Below, piece after piece: positions 1 to 11,150 of a stretch of 64,000 nucleotides of DNA. The translations under genes were made by a program, and so were the position numbers. How positions within the stretch are numbered: the stretch's first letter is position 1; the number at the start of each line of letters is the position of its first letter. Source of the stretch: Acidobacteriota bacterium (lineage in GTDB: Bacteria; Acidobacteriota; UBA6911). The notes beneath the pieces are model-generated. The model was not told the origin of the DNA. It did not search any database and was given only the letters and a program-made list of their open reading frames with translations. Location: contig OY761556.1 in assembly GCA_963664705.1 (NCBI GenBank), positions 640,001 through 704,000 of the forward strand, written 5' to 3'.

Positions 1-570
1 AAGGGGGCCATTCTCGATATGTATCGGTGTCCAGATAAGATGATGGCTGCGATCGATCGCATCACGGGCCTGACTATCAAGCGGATCATTTCCACCATCA
101 ATGCAACCGGAGGGTTTACCGCAAGCTTCCCACTGCATAAGGGAGATGATACGTTCATGTCCAGGAAACAATTTGAGAAATTCTACTGGCCATCGCTGAA
201 GAAAGTGATAGATGCATTGATCGATGAGGGGATCTCGGTTCACCTGTTTGCCGAAGGGGCCTATAACGAGCGCCTTGAGTATATCAGTGACTTCCCGAAA
301 GGCTGGGTAACCTGGGCGTTTGACAGGACCGATATGGTGAAAGCCAAGAAAATGATCGGCCACAAGTGCTGCATTGTGGGTAATGTGCCTGCCTCTACGC
401 TCATAACAGGGACGGCGGGAGAGGTGAAGGAAAGCTGCCGCAAGCTGATCGAGGCGTGCGCTCCCGGAGGGGGGTATGTTCTCGCCGGTGGAGCCGCGGC
501 AACAGAGACAACGCCGGAAAACCTGCGTGCCTTTATGGCTGCAGCCAAAGAATATGGGGTGTACCGCTAA
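1..570 (+). CDS. Uroporphyrinogen decarboxylase (URO-D/MtaA-like) family protein, C-terminal part; 5' end outside window
   Basis: Frame is open from the window start. FMSRKQFEKFYWPSLKK, CIVGNVP and LIEACAPGGGYVL are typical of the URO-D-like TIM barrel C-terminus. Confidence 0.8.
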   Translation, partial: KGAILDMYRCPDKMMAAIDRITGLTIKRIISTINATGGFTASFPLHKGDDTFMSRKQFEKFYWPSLKKVIDALIDEGISVHLFAEGAYNERLEYISDFPKGWVTWAFDRTDMVKAKKMIGHKCCIVGNVPASTLITGTAGEVKESCRKLIEACAPGGGYVLAGGAAATETTPENLRAFMAAAKEYGVYR

Positions 571-623
571 GATAATTTGGGATTTCAGGCTTGGAATGAA
601 AGCAGGAGCATGAGCGGAACAAA

Positions 624-648
624 GGCAGGCGATAGAACATCGCCTGCC
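624..648. terminator. Hairpin between convergent genes
   Basis: GGCAGGCGAT-agaac-ATCGCCTGCC, a perfect 10-bp stem, lies between the stops at 570 and 676. Confidence 0.55.
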
Positions 649-675
649 GTATTGCTCTGGAAGGGTATTTTTCTT

Positions 676-1518
676 CTATTTAAATTTTGGCTCGAGAGAT
701 TTGATTTTTGCCCAGGCGGCATCGCGAGCCTTTTTGTCGGCTTCCGTTGCATTGGGCTGTTCTCCGCTGCGCATAAAGCCATGGGTCGCTCCGTCGTAGA
801 TGACGGGCTCATAAAATTTGCCGGCCGCTTTCATTTGTTCCTGAGTCTGGGGAATCGATCCGTTGACCCGCGTGTCCGTCCCGCCGTAAAAACCGTAGAC
901 CGGGGCTTGGATTGAGGCGATTCCTGAGTCAGGCCCGCCGCCATAGAAGACGAACGCCGCTGAAAGATCCTTGCAGTTGGTGGCGAAGCGGAACGATTGG
1001 CTGCCGCCCCAGGAGAAACCCACTACACATACTTTCCCATTGCAGGATGGAAGCTTTTTGCAATACTCGAATACAGCGGTGAGATCGGCTGTGACCTGGT
1101 CCGGGGGTAATTTCATTACCGCTTGCGTGGCTGGTCCGCCGAAACCGCCGCCTTCCGCCGCAGGAAAATCTTTCGTTCGCCCTCCATTGGGGCCCATGCC
1201 TGACAATAGGTCGGGCGCCACCGCGATGAAGCCGGCTTCCGCGAACTCATCCGTTACATTCTCCACCCAGTCTGTCATGCCGAATATTTCATGGATGACT
1301 ACCATGGCGGGCGCTTTTTCCTTCGTCTGGGGATATGCGACCGTCGATTCGACGGATCTCCCGCCGTGTTTAACTGTAACCCACTCACGTTTTCGAGGTG
1401 ATTTGTCTACCATTTTGCGTGCCCAATCCTGTGCATAAATAGAAGATAGCCCCAATCCCAATGCTGCCGCACCACTCGCACTGTCTTTTAGAAATCGTCT
1501 TCTGGTAACTGTTTGCAT
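676..1518 (-). CDS. Dienelactone hydrolase family protein with Tat signal
   Basis: TRRRFLK signal; VVIHEIFG, AVAPDLLS, GFSWGG elbow, FYGGTD and ATHGF motifs. Confidence 0.85.
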   Translation of the reverse strand: MQTVTRRRFLKDSASGAAALGLGLSSIYAQDWARKMVDKSPRKREWVTVKHGGRSVESTVAYPQTKEKAPAMVVIHEIFGMTDWVENVTDEFAEAGFIAVAPDLLSGMGPNGGRTKDFPAAEGGGFGGPATQAVMKLPPDQVTADLTAVFEYCKKLPSCNGKVCVVGFSWGGSQSFRFATNCKDLSAAFVFYGGGPDSGIASIQAPVYGFYGGTDTRVNGSIPQTQEQMKAAGKFYEPVIYDGATHGFMRSGEQPNATEADKKARDAAWAKIKSLEPKFK

Positions 1519-1671
1519 GATCGATCCACTCCTTCGCTGCTGATGCCCTGAGAAGTTTACATGGCAAGACTGCTGTTTCTTTTTGGGGATTTTCTACGCG
1601 TTTTGCCGCCGAAACAAGGGAAAAGTAGTGTTCATTCGAAGCGCCGCGGATTGCCGCCACAAACCGATACG

Positions 1672-2910
1672 CTACCGGCTCGCGCCGCAGCATTTTTTGA
1701 ATTTTTTGCCGCTGCCGCACGGACAGGGATCGTTTCTGCCAACTCCTGCCGCGGTTGTGGGCCTGGGGCGTGGCGCGGGCCTTCTTTGCCTGTCGAGCAG
1801 AGCCGCGATGGGGGCCCGACTGTGAAGGAAGAACTGTTTAAGTCCCGAACAAAGGTAATTGAGTCCAGGTTCTCCGTCCGGAGTCTGAATAAATCGATAT
1901 TTGGGGCAGCCGCCATTGCACTGGGCCAGAACTTCGCATTGGCGACAATAGTTCGGAAGGGCATCGCGCTTCGCGTCTCCGAAGTCTTGCAGCGCCTTTG
2001 AATCCAGCATTTGACTGAGCGTTTTCTGCTCGATGTTGCCCAATCGGTAGGGTTCTTCGACAAAATGGTCGCAGGGGAAAAAATCGCCGTTATGTTCGAG
2101 GACCGGGATCTGTCCGCATGTTTTGCGGAAGACGCACAGGGAATGATCGATGCCGAGCTGTGGCCTGGCGGCTTCGTCGAAGTATTGGATCATCAGGCGA
2201 TCGACATCGCGCGCCACCCACTCATCAAAGATTTTGCACAGGAATTTGCCGAAGTCCTCTGCCGATGGTGTATGGAGAGCGACGCCGTTTTCCATTTCGG
2301 CGGCCTGATCCACCGCGGGAAGAAATCCAATATACCGTGCACCGATCTCGCGGAAAAAACGGTAAACGGTAAGCGGGTGACGCACATTCAGATTATGTAC
2401 AACACACAGGATATCGGTTGGAACATTTACCCGACGCAGCAATTCGTAGGCACGCATGGCGCTTTTGTGGGTTGGTTCATTGCCGCGCGTGATCCGATAG
2501 GGATCGTGCAATTCAGCCGGTCCGTCCAGGCTGAGCCCGACTCCGAATCCCTCGGCTGCAAGAAACCGACTCCATTCTTCATCCAGAAGAACGCCGTTTG
2601 TCTGGAGGCCATTCCGGACTCGCCAGCCTGCAGGTTTGTGCCTGCGCTGCAGTTCGACTGCTTTTCGGAAGAAATCGAGACCGCGGGTCGTGGGCTCGCC
2701 TCCGTGCCAGGAGAAGCTGACCTCCGGTCCGGGAGAAGCCTCAAAATGCTGGAGGATGTATTTTTCCAGGAGATCATCCGGCATTCGGAGCGTGCCTGCA
2801 TCCGGATAGAGGGAGCTCTTGTCTTTATAGTAGCAGTAGCGGCAGGCGAGGTTACACACAGCGCCGGCCGGCTTTGCAAATATCTGAAAGTCCCGCGCAA
2901 CCTTATCCAA
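1672..2910 (-). CDS. Anaerobic sulfatase maturase (radical SAM/SPASM) with C-terminal SEC-C motif
   Basis: KPAGAVCNLACRYCYY, WHGGEP, SPASM cysteines (FPCDHF, CRQC...CNGGCP) and GRNDPCPCGSGKKFKKCC. Confidence 0.9.
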   Translation of the reverse strand: MDKVARDFQIFAKPAGAVCNLACRYCYYKDKSSLYPDAGTLRMPDDLLEKYILQHFEASPGPEVSFSWHGGEPTTRGLDFFRKAVELQRRHKPAGWRVRNGLQTNGVLLDEEWSRFLAAEGFGVGLSLDGPAELHDPYRITRGNEPTHKSAMRAYELLRRVNVPTDILCVVHNLNVRHPLTVYRFFREIGARYIGFLPAVDQAAEMENGVALHTPSAEDFGKFLCKIFDEWVARDVDRLMIQYFDEAARPQLGIDHSLCVFRKTCGQIPVLEHNGDFFPCDHFVEEPYRLGNIEQKTLSQMLDSKALQDFGDAKRDALPNYCRQCEVLAQCNGGCPKYRFIQTPDGEPGLNYLCSGLKQFFLHSRAPIAALLDRQRRPAPRPRPTTAAGVGRNDPCPCGSGKKFKKCCGASR

Positions 2911-3049
2911 TCCGTCCCCCCAAACCGCATTGCATCGAATTTATAATATATCAAAAATCTTCCGGCCTGATGGTTGATCGGTATCGGGTGCACGTGAATA
3001 CACCAAACCTGGAATCCAGGTGTTGAGTGCATCGATTAAGCCTCAAAAT

Positions 3050-3092
3050 AAAAAAAACCCTGAGAGAGGCATTTGCCTCTCTCAGGGTTTTT
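3050..3092 (-). terminator. Intrinsic terminator downstream of rho (potentially bidirectional)
   Basis: AAAAACCCTGAGAGAGGCA-tt-TGCCTCTCTCAGGGTTTTT is a perfect inverted repeat with A/T tracts on both sides. Confidence 0.85.
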
Positions 3093-3130
3093 ACAATCGT
3101 CAACCGTCAATCTGTGATCGTCAATCCATT

Positions 3131-4561
3131 CTACCCGCCGGAGAGCGAGCCCAGGAAGTCACCGTTGGTCTTTGCTTTGGAAAGCTTTTCCAGCAGGAGT
3201 TCCATACTCTCGGTAACAGACAGAGGCGTCAGAACCTTCCGCAGAATCCAGATACGGTTCAAATCGGCCTGCGGCACGAGCAGCTCCTCTTTTCTCGTTC
3301 CGGATTTGTTGATATCGATGGCGGGGAAAACGCGCCTGTCGACCAGTTTACGATCGAGGTGCAGCTCCATGTTGCCCGTTCCTTTGAATTCTTCAAAGAT
3401 AACGTCATCCATACGGCTGCCTGTATCGATGAGGGCGGTGGCGATAATCGTGAGACTTCCGCCTTCTTCAATATTGCGAGCGGCGCCGAAAAAGCGCTTC
3501 GGCCGCTGCAGCGCGTTGCTGTCAACGCCGCCGGAAAGGACTTTCCCGCTTGGAGGCACGATCGTGTTATAGGCGCGAGCCAGGCGGGTGATGCTATCCA
3601 GCAGGATGACGACATCCCGTTTGTGCTCGACGAACCGCTTTGATTTTTCCAGCACCATTTCCGCTACCTGTACGTGACGCGATGCCGGCTCATCAAAGGT
3701 CGAACTGATGACTTCGCCCTTCACGGAGCGCTGCATATCGGTCACTTCTTCCGGGCGCTCATCGATGAGAAGCACGATGAGGTAGACTTCCGGATGGTTT
3801 TGCGAAATGGAATTGGCAATGGACTGCAACAGCATCGTTTTTCCGGTCCGGGGCGGCGATACAATCAACCCGCGCTGCCCTTTGCCAATTGGCGCAAGCA
3901 TATCCATTACTCTGCCGGACAGGTTGTCCGGCGCTGTCTCCAGTTTCAGATGCTCATGGGGATACAGCGGCGTCAGGTTGTCGAAAAAGATCTTGTCCTT
4001 GGCGGCATCGGGATGCTCGAAATTTACGGCTTCGACCTTGATCAGGGCGAAGTAGCGCTCACCATCCTTTGGAGGACGGATTTGTCCAGAGATCGTATCT
4101 CCGGTTCTCAGATCGAATTTCCGGATCTGGGAAGGGGAGACATAGATATCATCTGGGCCGGGCAGGTAATTGTAGTCCGGGGCACGCAGGAATCCGAATC
4201 CTTCCGGCAGGCATTCGAGAACGCCTTCCGAAAAAATCAGCCCGCTAGCTTCGGTCTGCGCCTTCAGGATTTGAAATATCAGTTCCTGCTTGCGCATCCC
4301 GGTATATCCCGGAACATTCATATCCTTGGCAACCTGAGTCAGGGAGGCGATATTCATCTCCTTCAGGTCCCGGATATTCAGATGACCGTTTTCGCGACCA
4401 TTTTCACGGCCGTTCTCACGGGCATTTTCGCGGGTATTCTCACGGCCGTTTTCACGGCTGGATTCACTTTTTGTTTCGCGACCGGATTCCTTTTCCCGGT
4501 TGTTTTCCCGGGCGGCTTCACGGTTTGCACTCGAGTTGCGACGTTGCGTCGTTTCAGGCAT
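3131..4561 (-). CDS. rho: Transcription termination factor Rho with low-complexity N-terminal extension
   Basis: [56 protein letters not shown]. Start moved to ATG 4561, which follows GGAGGGAG. Confidence 0.97.
   Translation of the reverse strand: MPETTQRRNSSANREAARENNREKESGRETKSESSRENGRENTRENARENGRENGRENGHLNIRDLKEMNIASLTQVAKDMNVPGYTGMRKQELIFQILKAQTEASGLIFSEGVLECLPEGFGFLRAPDYNYLPGPDDIYVSPSQIRKFDLRTGDTISGQIRPPKDGERYFALIKVEAVNFEHPDAAKDKIFFDNLTPLYPHEHLKLETAPDNLSGRVMDMLAPIGKGQRGLIVSPPRTGKTMLLQSIANSISQNHPEVYLIVLLIDERPEEVTDMQRSVKGEVISSTFDEPASRHVQVAEMVLEKSKRFVEHKRDVVILLDSITRLARAYNTIVPPSGKVLSGGVDSNALQRPKRFFGAARNIEEGGSLTIIATALIDTGSRMDDVIFEEFKGTGNMELHLDRKLVDRRVFPAIDINKSGTRKEELLVPQADLNRIWILRKVLTPLSVTESMELLLEKLSKAKTNGDFLGSLSGG
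4385..4456 (-). repeat. Six 12-bp tandem units encoding (REN[G/T/A])x6 inside rho
   Basis: Plus-strand units: accgttttcgcg / accattttcacg / gccgttctcacg / ggcattttcgcg / ggtattctcacg / gccgttttcacg. Confidence 0.9.
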
Positions 4562-4598
4562 GGGCTCCCTCCAGGGGGAGATAACCAACGGTAGGTTG

Positions 4599-5192
4599 TT
4601 AATGGTTAATGATAGAGGATTCAACTGCGGCTGCCTGTAGCACCCGTTTCCAAATGTCCTTACAGCCCGCTCCGGTTTTCGCCGAAGACATCACCACGGA
4701 TTGACCCCCCAACGCTTCTGAAATAATACGAAACTGTTCACGCTGTTGATTGTTTGAAAGCTTATCAACTTTGGTTGCCACCACCATGCGGGGGACTTCC
4801 AACTGTCCCAGCCATCCGGCCAACTGAGTGTCCGAATCGGTGGGCGGCATCCTTGAATCAATCATCTGAATCGCCAGCACGATACTGGTACTCTTTTTAA
4901 AATACTGCTCAATCAGCCGCTTCCATTGCTGGATTGCAGCCTTGCCGGCTTTAGCGTAGCCATAGCCGGGTAAATCCACAAAATAGAACGTCCCGTTAAT
5001 CCGGTAGAAGTTAATGCTCTGAGTCTTGCCCGGCGTTGAGCTGGTGCGAGCCAGCCGGTTGCTGCCGACCAGCTTGTTTATCAAGCTGGATTTCCCGACA
5101 TTCGACCTGCCTGCAAACACTATTTCAGGGATTTCCTCTCGTGGGAAATCTCGTTCCGAGACGGCACTGATAATAAATTCTGCTTGGATCAC
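4599..5192 (-). CDS. yihA: Ribosome biogenesis GTPase YihA/EngB (YsxC)
   Basis: [27 protein letters not shown] and TKVDK; located directly after lon. Confidence 0.95.
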   Translation of the reverse strand: MIQAEFIISAVSERDFPREEIPEIVFAGRSNVGKSSLINKLVGSNRLARTSSTPGKTQSINFYRINGTFYFVDLPGYGYAKAGKAAIQQWKRLIEQYFKKSTSIVLAIQMIDSRMPPTDSDTQLAGWLGQLEVPRMVVATKVDKLSNNQQREQFRIISEALGGQSVVMSSAKTGAGCKDIWKRVLQAAAVESSIINH

Positions 5193-5246
5193 CGGATATT
5201 ATGAGGGATTGAAGGTCCGACCGCTCGACGCGGCCGGACCTCAAGT

Positions 5247-7643
5247 TCAGTGCGCGACGTTCTCGTTTGGACGAGTACCTTCGATATCGGACATCTGGGA
5301 CACCTGTCTTGGTACAGGTTGACTTTCCAGTGCGATCTGCAGGACTTCATCCATGGTTTCGACCAGACTTATGCTTAAATCATCCAGTATATCCTTCGGG
5401 AGATCCTGGAGATCCTTCTCGTTCTCCTTTGGGAGAATAACATTTTTAATGCCGGCGCGATGTGCTGCCAGCAGTTTTTCCTTTACCCCTCCGATCGGAA
5501 GTACTTTGCCACGGAGGGTAATCTCCCCGGTCATGGCAACATCTCTTCGGACCGGTATCTTGGTTAGGGCAGATACGATGGTGGTAGCCATCGTAATACC
5601 TGCGGATGGCCCATCCTTCGGAATGGCGCCTTCCGGAATATGAATGTGCAGGTCCATCTTCCGGTGGAATTCACGTCCGATGCCATAATCGGTAGCTCGG
5701 CTGCGCACAAATGTCATGGCAGCCCTTGCCGATTCCTGCATGACTTCGCCCAGCTTGCCGGTGAGGGTCAGCTGCCCTTTACCGTCCATCAGCGTGGCTT
5801 CCGTCTGCAAGACCTCTCCACCTACTTCCGTCCAGGCTAAACCTGTCGTCAACCCGACCTGGTTGGTTTCGCCGATCCCCTGCATGCGGAACTTCGGACG
5901 TCCCAGAAGCTTCTCGACTTCTTCCGCATTGATGTCGTTTGACTGCGCTTCCTCGGTGACGATCTTTTTTGCCGTCTTTCTGCAGACATTAGCGACTTCG
6001 CGTTCCAGATTGCGAACGCCGGACTCCCGGGTGTACTTACGAATGATCTCATACAGCGCATCATCCGAAAACTGTATTTGTTCCGGAGTCAATCCGTTGC
6101 CTTCCACCTGCTTTTTGACGAGGAACCTTTTTGCGATCTCCAGCTTCTCATTCTCAGTATACCCTGACAGCTGGATGACTTCCATGCGGTCCTGGAGCGC
6201 ACGGGGAATAGTGTGCAGCACATTCGCCGTTGCAATGAACATCACCATCGACAGATCAAACTCGGCATCGATGTAGTGATCGACGAACATGTGGTTCTGT
6301 TCCGGATCGAGCACCTCCAGAAGCGCCGCCGATGGATCCCCTCGAAAATCCATGCTCATTTTGTCGATTTCGTCGAGCATGAATACGGGGTTCTTGGTAC
6401 CGGCCTTCTTCATATACTGGATGATCTGTCCGGGAAGCGCACCGATATAGGTACGGCGATGCCCGCGGATTTCCGCCTCATCCCGCACTCCACCCAGGGA
6501 GAGTCTCACAAACTCTCTTCCCGTTGCACGGGCAATGGATTTTCCCAGGGATGTTTTTCCCACTCCCGGCGGTCCGACAAAACAAAGAATCGTGCCTTGC
6601 GGTTTCTTCACCAGGCTGCGAACGGCAAGGAATTCAAGAATGCGGTCCTTGATTTTTTCCAGGCCATAGTGGTCTTCTTCAAGAACCTTCTTGGACCAGT
6701 TGATATCCCGGATTTCCCGCGATTTCTTGTTCCATGGCAGTGCGATCAGCCAGTCGAGATAAGTGCGCGAAACGGTGGATTCGGCCGACATCGGAGGCAT
6801 CATTTCCAGGCGCTGAATTTCCTTGATCGCCTTTTCATTCGCATCCTTCGGCATCTTTGCCGCTTCAACCTGTTTTTTCAGATCATCGAGTTCGCTTTTC
6901 TCGTCCTTGCGACCCAATTCCTTCTGGATCGCTTTCATCTTTTCATTCAGGTAGTACTCTTTTTGAGCCCGCTCCATCTGCCGTTTCACGCGGCCCTGAA
7001 TGTTGCGGTCTACCTTGATCTTCTCCATCTCGACTTCGATGATCTCGTTGATCTTCTCAATCCGTTCGGCCAGATCTACCATCTCGAGAAGCTGCTGTTT
7101 TTCCTCGATGCTGATCGGCAGGTTGGCGCAGATATTGTCTGCCAGCTTCGAAGGCTCAAGCGTTTTCATCGCATTCAGAATCGCGTCGTAGTTGACGTGA
7201 TGGCTGAGTTTTGAGAATTGCTCAAATACCGTTTGAAGCCGTTTGATCAGAAGATTGGTTCGCGCGCTTGAACTCGAGGTTTCATCGAGCAGCTCTACAT
7301 CCGCGACAAAAAAACCGGGATCATTGGAATACCGGATTGCACGGACGCGCTGAACCCCTTCAACGAGAACCTTAATATTTCCGTCGGACAGCTTTACGCT
7401 CTGAACGATGTTTGCCACCGTGCCGACGGCATAAATATCCGAAGCCTTCGGCTCGTCGACCGATGCGTCCATCTGAGTCGCCAGGAAAACTCGCTTGGAT
7501 CCTTCAAGGGCAAATTCAAGGGCGCGAACTGAAGTCGGACGTCCGATTACAAAGGGGATCATCATGTGCGGGAACACGACGACGTCCCGGATCGGAATCA
7601 TGGGAAGACGTTCAGTTTTCTTGGGGGGCAGTTCGTTTGTCAT
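5247..7643 (-). CDS. lon: ATP-dependent protease La
   Basis: [27 protein letters not shown] and IGGVKEK. Confidence 0.98.
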   Translation of the reverse strand: MTNELPPKKTERLPMIPIRDVVVFPHMMIPFVIGRPTSVRALEFALEGSKRVFLATQMDASVDEPKASDIYAVGTVANIVQSVKLSDGNIKVLVEGVQRVRAIRYSNDPGFFVADVELLDETSSSSARTNLLIKRLQTVFEQFSKLSHHVNYDAILNAMKTLEPSKLADNICANLPISIEEKQQLLEMVDLAERIEKINEIIEVEMEKIKVDRNIQGRVKRQMERAQKEYYLNEKMKAIQKELGRKDEKSELDDLKKQVEAAKMPKDANEKAIKEIQRLEMMPPMSAESTVSRTYLDWLIALPWNKKSREIRDINWSKKVLEEDHYGLEKIKDRILEFLAVRSLVKKPQGTILCFVGPPGVGKTSLGKSIARATGREFVRLSLGGVRDEAEIRGHRRTYIGALPGQIIQYMKKAGTKNPVFMLDEIDKMSMDFRGDPSAALLEVLDPEQNHMFVDHYIDAEFDLSMVMFIATANVLHTIPRALQDRMEVIQLSGYTENEKLEIAKRFLVKKQVEGNGLTPEQIQFSDDALYEIIRKYTRESGVRNLEREVANVCRKTAKKIVTEEAQSNDINAEEVEKLLGRPKFRMQGIGETNQVGLTTGLAWTEVGGEVLQTEATLMDGKGQLTLTGKLGEVMQESARAAMTFVRSRATDYGIGREFHRKMDLHIHIPEGAIPKDGPSAGITMATTIVSALTKIPVRRDVAMTGEITLRGKVLPIGGVKEKLLAAHRAGIKNVILPKENEKDLQDLPKDILDDLSISLVETMDEVLQIALESQPVPRQVSQMSDIEGTRPNENVAH

Positions 7644-7651
7644 TCTTTAAG

Positions 7652-8902
7652 TTAACCGGCCTTTTCCAATAACGCGAAGACGATATCCTTATTTTCAACC
7701 ATCTCGCGCGTTATCATGAACTCCTTCACCTTCTTTTGTGAGGGCAGTTGGTACATCACGTCCAACATAAGATCTTCAAGGATTATTTTCAAACCGCGGG
7801 CTCCCATCTTGCGCTCCAGCGCCAGATTCGCTACCGCGGCGACCGCATCGTCGGTGAACTTCAGTTTGACGTTTTCAAATTCAAATAGTTTCTGATATTG
7901 CCGCACGAGAGCGTTCTTGGGTTTGGTCAGAATATCGATCAGCGCGACATGATCCAATTCCGACAGGGAACCGACGACCGGGAGCCTTCCGACAAACTCA
8001 GGGATAAGTCCGTATTTGATCAGATCTCTGGGTTCGCAATGCTCCAGGATGTTGGCGGCCTGTTCTTTTTTGGCGGTCTTTACAACTTTGGCTGCCTTGT
8101 CTCCGATCAGGAATCCCATACTCTTCTTCCCGATCCGGCGCTCGACGATCTTGTCCAGGCCAACGAAAGCTCCACCGCAGATAAACAGGATGTTCGTCGT
8201 GTCGATCTGAATGAACTCCTGGTGCGGATGCTTGCGGCCCCCTTGCGGAGGGACATTCGCGATCGTTCCTTCCAGGATTTTCAGAAGAGCCTGCTGCACG
8301 CCTTCTCCCGATACATCGCGTGTGATCGAAGGATTCTCGTCCTTGCGGGCAATCTTATCGATCTCGTCGATATAGACGATGCCCTGCTGGCACTTTTCCT
8401 TATCGCCGCCCGCATTCTGCAGAAGCTTGAGGATGATGTTCTCCACATCCTCGCCAACATATCCTGCTTCCGTGAGCGTCGTGGCATCCACAATTGCAAA
8501 CGGGACCGACAGCATTTTAGCAAGTGTCTGCGCCAGCAGTGTCTTGCCGGTTCCGGTTGGCCCGATCAGCATGACGTTGCTCTTCTGCAGTTCGAGGTCG
8601 CCCCGTTTTTTGGATATTTCGAGTCGTTTGTAGTGGTTGTAGACAGCGACGGCCAATTTCTTCTTGGTCATCTCCTGTCCGATAACATACAAGTCGAGGA
8701 ATTCTTTAATTTCCTGCGGCTTGGGAAGCTTCTCCCCGATGGGGGATGTAACGACGTCATCCGCAATGATTTCGTTGCAGACATCGACGCATTCGTCGCA
8801 TATGTAGACCGTAGGTCCGGCAATGAGCTTTTTGACGTCGTTCTGGCTTTTAGAGCAAAACGAACATCTCAAGACATCATCTCTCTCGTCGTCTTTTCTC
8901 AA
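7652..8902 (-). CDS. clpX: Clp protease ATP-binding subunit ClpX
   Basis: CSFC...CDEC zinc finger, [19 protein letters not shown] and [10 protein letters not shown]; TTG start after GGAGG. Confidence 0.97.
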   Translation of the reverse strand: MRKDDERDDVLRCSFCSKSQNDVKKLIAGPTVYICDECVDVCNEIIADDVVTSPIGEKLPKPQEIKEFLDLYVIGQEMTKKKLAVAVYNHYKRLEISKKRGDLELQKSNVMLIGPTGTGKTLLAQTLAKMLSVPFAIVDATTLTEAGYVGEDVENIILKLLQNAGGDKEKCQQGIVYIDEIDKIARKDENPSITRDVSGEGVQQALLKILEGTIANVPPQGGRKHPHQEFIQIDTTNILFICGGAFVGLDKIVERRIGKKSMGFLIGDKAAKVVKTAKKEQAANILEHCEPRDLIKYGLIPEFVGRLPVVGSLSELDHVALIDILTKPKNALVRQYQKLFEFENVKLKFTDDAVAAVANLALERKMGARGLKIILEDLMLDVMYQLPSQKKVKEFMITREMVENKDIVFALLEKAG

Positions 8903-8926
8903 AGGAGTCCTCCAGGGTACAAAACC

Positions 8927-9514
8927 CTACTCTTTTCTCGAGATAACTTGATCCACTATGCCATATTCCTTGGCTTGATCGGCTGTCATGATGTAGTCCC
9001 GTTCAACATCCTTTTCGATGCGTTCAAGACCCTGTCCTGTATGCTTGGCGAGGATACCATTCATCGACTCGCGAAGTCGGAGTATCTCCTTCGCATGAAT
9101 GTCGATGTCGGTCGCCTGGCCCGCAAGGCCGCTCATTGATGGCTGATGGATTAAAATTCTGGAGTTCGGTAAGGCAAATCGTTTCCCCGGAGAGCCTGCT
9201 GCCAACAGCAACGCCCCCATGCTGGCAGCCTGGCCAATGCAGATCGTCGATACATTCGGTCGAATGTATTGCATTGTGTCGTAAATCGCCATGCCCGCCG
9301 AAATAGAACCGCCGGGGGAGTTGATATAAAGGTGGATGTCTTTGTCCGGATCCTCGGCTTCCAAAAAGAGGAGTTGGGCCGTAACAACGTTGGCCACGTT
9401 GTCGTCGATAGGTGTTCCCAAAAAGATGATATTATCTTTCAGGAGGCGCGAGTAAATGTCATACGCGCGCTCGCCTCTATTGGTCTGTTCGACCACCATG
9501 GGTATTAATGCCAA
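8927..9514 (-). CDS. clpP: Clp protease proteolytic subunit
   Basis: [23 protein letters not shown] and IHQP. Confidence 0.97.
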   Translation of the reverse strand: MALIPMVVEQTNRGERAYDIYSRLLKDNIIFLGTPIDDNVANVVTAQLLFLEAEDPDKDIHLYINSPGGSISAGMAIYDTMQYIRPNVSTICIGQAASMGALLLAAGSPGKRFALPNSRILIHQPSMSGLAGQATDIDIHAKEILRLRESMNGILAKHTGQGLERIEKDVERDYIMTADQAKEYGIVDQVISRKE

Positions 9515-9517
9515 TGG

Positions 9518-10789
9518 TCACCCCACGCTTATATTAGCATTGCGATAGATGAAATCAAGCGCCTTGTTCTGGCGTAAATGCTGCTCAAGACTCTGAATCC
9601 TGTCTTCCTTTTCGAGCTGGGCTCGCAAGGCGGCTGCTGATTTGCTGGAGCCTTCTGCCCACTTTTGCAGCTCGGCGTCAACCTCTTCCGTTGTAATGTC
9701 GATACTCTCCTGACGGGCTATCGCATCCAGGAAAAGAGTTCTGCGAACCGATTGTTCCGCCACAGGCCTTTCAGCCTCAAGGACCTTCTTCCAGTCAATC
9801 GCGGTTTGATTAATGTCAATTCCCTGGTAGGCCAGATTGCTGGCCAGCCGGCGGGCGTGCGCCTCCAGCTCATCCTCTACCATGCACTCCGGAACTTCAA
9901 CCGTTTGGCGCCCGACTATCGTATCCAGTAGCGCCTCCCTGGCTTTCTTTTCGGCATTTTCCTTTGCCTGCGTTACCAAATCATCACGAACCCTGGTTCG
10001 CAGTGCTTCAAGGCTCTCAGACCCGATATCTTTAGCAAAATCATCATTTAACTCAGGTAGCTGCTTTTCTTTGATGTCCTTGACGACAACCGTGTATGTG
10101 ACTTTTTTTCCCGCAAAACTCTTCCGATGATAGTCCTCCGGGTAATTGACATCAAAAGTCCGGGTGTCCCCTATATGCGTCCCGCGCAGATTTTCCGAAA
10201 AATCCGCGTTTGTCTGAGGATGGCCGATGACCAGAGTGACATCATCTTCATGGCTAGGTTTTGTCTCTCCCTCAAACTGCCCGTCGACAGTCAGGGTGAC
10301 ATACAACCCGTCCCGAGCCTCGCCCTCCGTCGGCACAAACTGAGCCTGGTGCTCGCGCATCCGGTCGATCGTTTGATTGACGTTCTCCTCGGTAACCTCG
10401 GACGACGGGAGTGTGACTGGAACTCCTGTGTAATCCTTTACTTCCAATGGAGGCAGCACTTCAAAAGATACGGTGAACTTGAGCGGACTGCCCGGATTGT
10501 TTTCAACGTCCTTAACCGTCGGTTGGGCCAGAGGATGCAGATCATGTTCCGTGATCGCGTCTTTCCAGCTTTGTTCAATGATGCTTTGGACGGCATCCTT
10601 TTGCAGATCGCTCCCAAACCGTTGCCGGATAATATTTAGCGGCACCTTGCCAGGCCTGAATCCCGGAACCTTCACGTTCCGTGCATACTCCCGGGCCAGC
10701 TTTTCGACTTCCTGCTCAACTTCCTGCGGAGGGATTTCCACCGCAAGGCTTCTTTTGCAACTGCTTACCTCTACGATTTCTACTGTCAA
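9518..10789 (-). CDS. tig: Trigger factor
   Basis: VPGFRPGKVP ribosome-binding motif; tig-clpP-clpX-lon synteny. Confidence 0.95.
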   Translation of the reverse strand: MTVEIVEVSSCKRSLAVEIPPQEVEQEVEKLAREYARNVKVPGFRPGKVPLNIIRQRFGSDLQKDAVQSIIEQSWKDAITEHDLHPLAQPTVKDVENNPGSPLKFTVSFEVLPPLEVKDYTGVPVTLPSSEVTEENVNQTIDRMREHQAQFVPTEGEARDGLYVTLTVDGQFEGETKPSHEDDVTLVIGHPQTNADFSENLRGTHIGDTRTFDVNYPEDYHRKSFAGKKVTYTVVVKDIKEKQLPELNDDFAKDIGSESLEALRTRVRDDLVTQAKENAEKKAREALLDTIVGRQTVEVPECMVEDELEAHARRLASNLAYQGIDINQTAIDWKKVLEAERPVAEQSVRRTLFLDAIARQESIDITTEEVDAELQKWAEGSSKSAAALRAQLEKEDRIQSLEQHLRQNKALDFIYRNANISVG

Positions 10790-10904
10790 CTTGGTACCTG
10801 CCTATGTGTTGATGGATCCGTGGGTCCATCCTCTGTTTTTTCATTATGAGCCATCGCCGTTCGTCGGCCATGATCTCGCAGGGAATACCTAACGATGCAA
10901 CATC

Positions 10905-10989
10905 TGGTGCGAAAGGGGGGAGTTGAACCCCCACCCCTTGCGGGACTGGATCCTAAGTCCAGCGCGTCTGCCAATTCCGCCACTTTCGC
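10905..10989 (-). tRNA. tRNA-Leu (anticodon TAG)
   Basis: GCGAAAGTGGCGGAATTGGCAGACGCGCTGGA-CT-TAG-GA-TCCAG...GGTTCAACTCC...CTTTCGCACCA; long variable arm; encoded CCA. Confidence 0.97.
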
Positions 10990-11150
10990 AGTTGTCCCAC
11001 CTGAGCGTCATTTTCCGGGTATCTGTTGATAACTGCAGCCGGAGAGGCAAAAGCTAGGGCGAGTCCACAATCAAAATGGGAATTTAACAAAGCCATCTGT
11101 CCGTGTCAATGCCAGTCAACAGTGGGCAACGGGCAGCCGGCAATTCGCCG

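Noticed and set aside
2011-2946. Long antisense ORFs (for example 2011-2946, 6213-7214, 7898-9139, 12815-13828, 35086-36255)
   Set aside because: They are shadows of well-supported genes on the opposite strand in GC-rich DNA and carry no recognisable motifs.
4562-4624. Longer rho start overlapping yihA
   Set aside because: ATG 4561 has a clear Shine-Dalgarno sequence and avoids the overlap.
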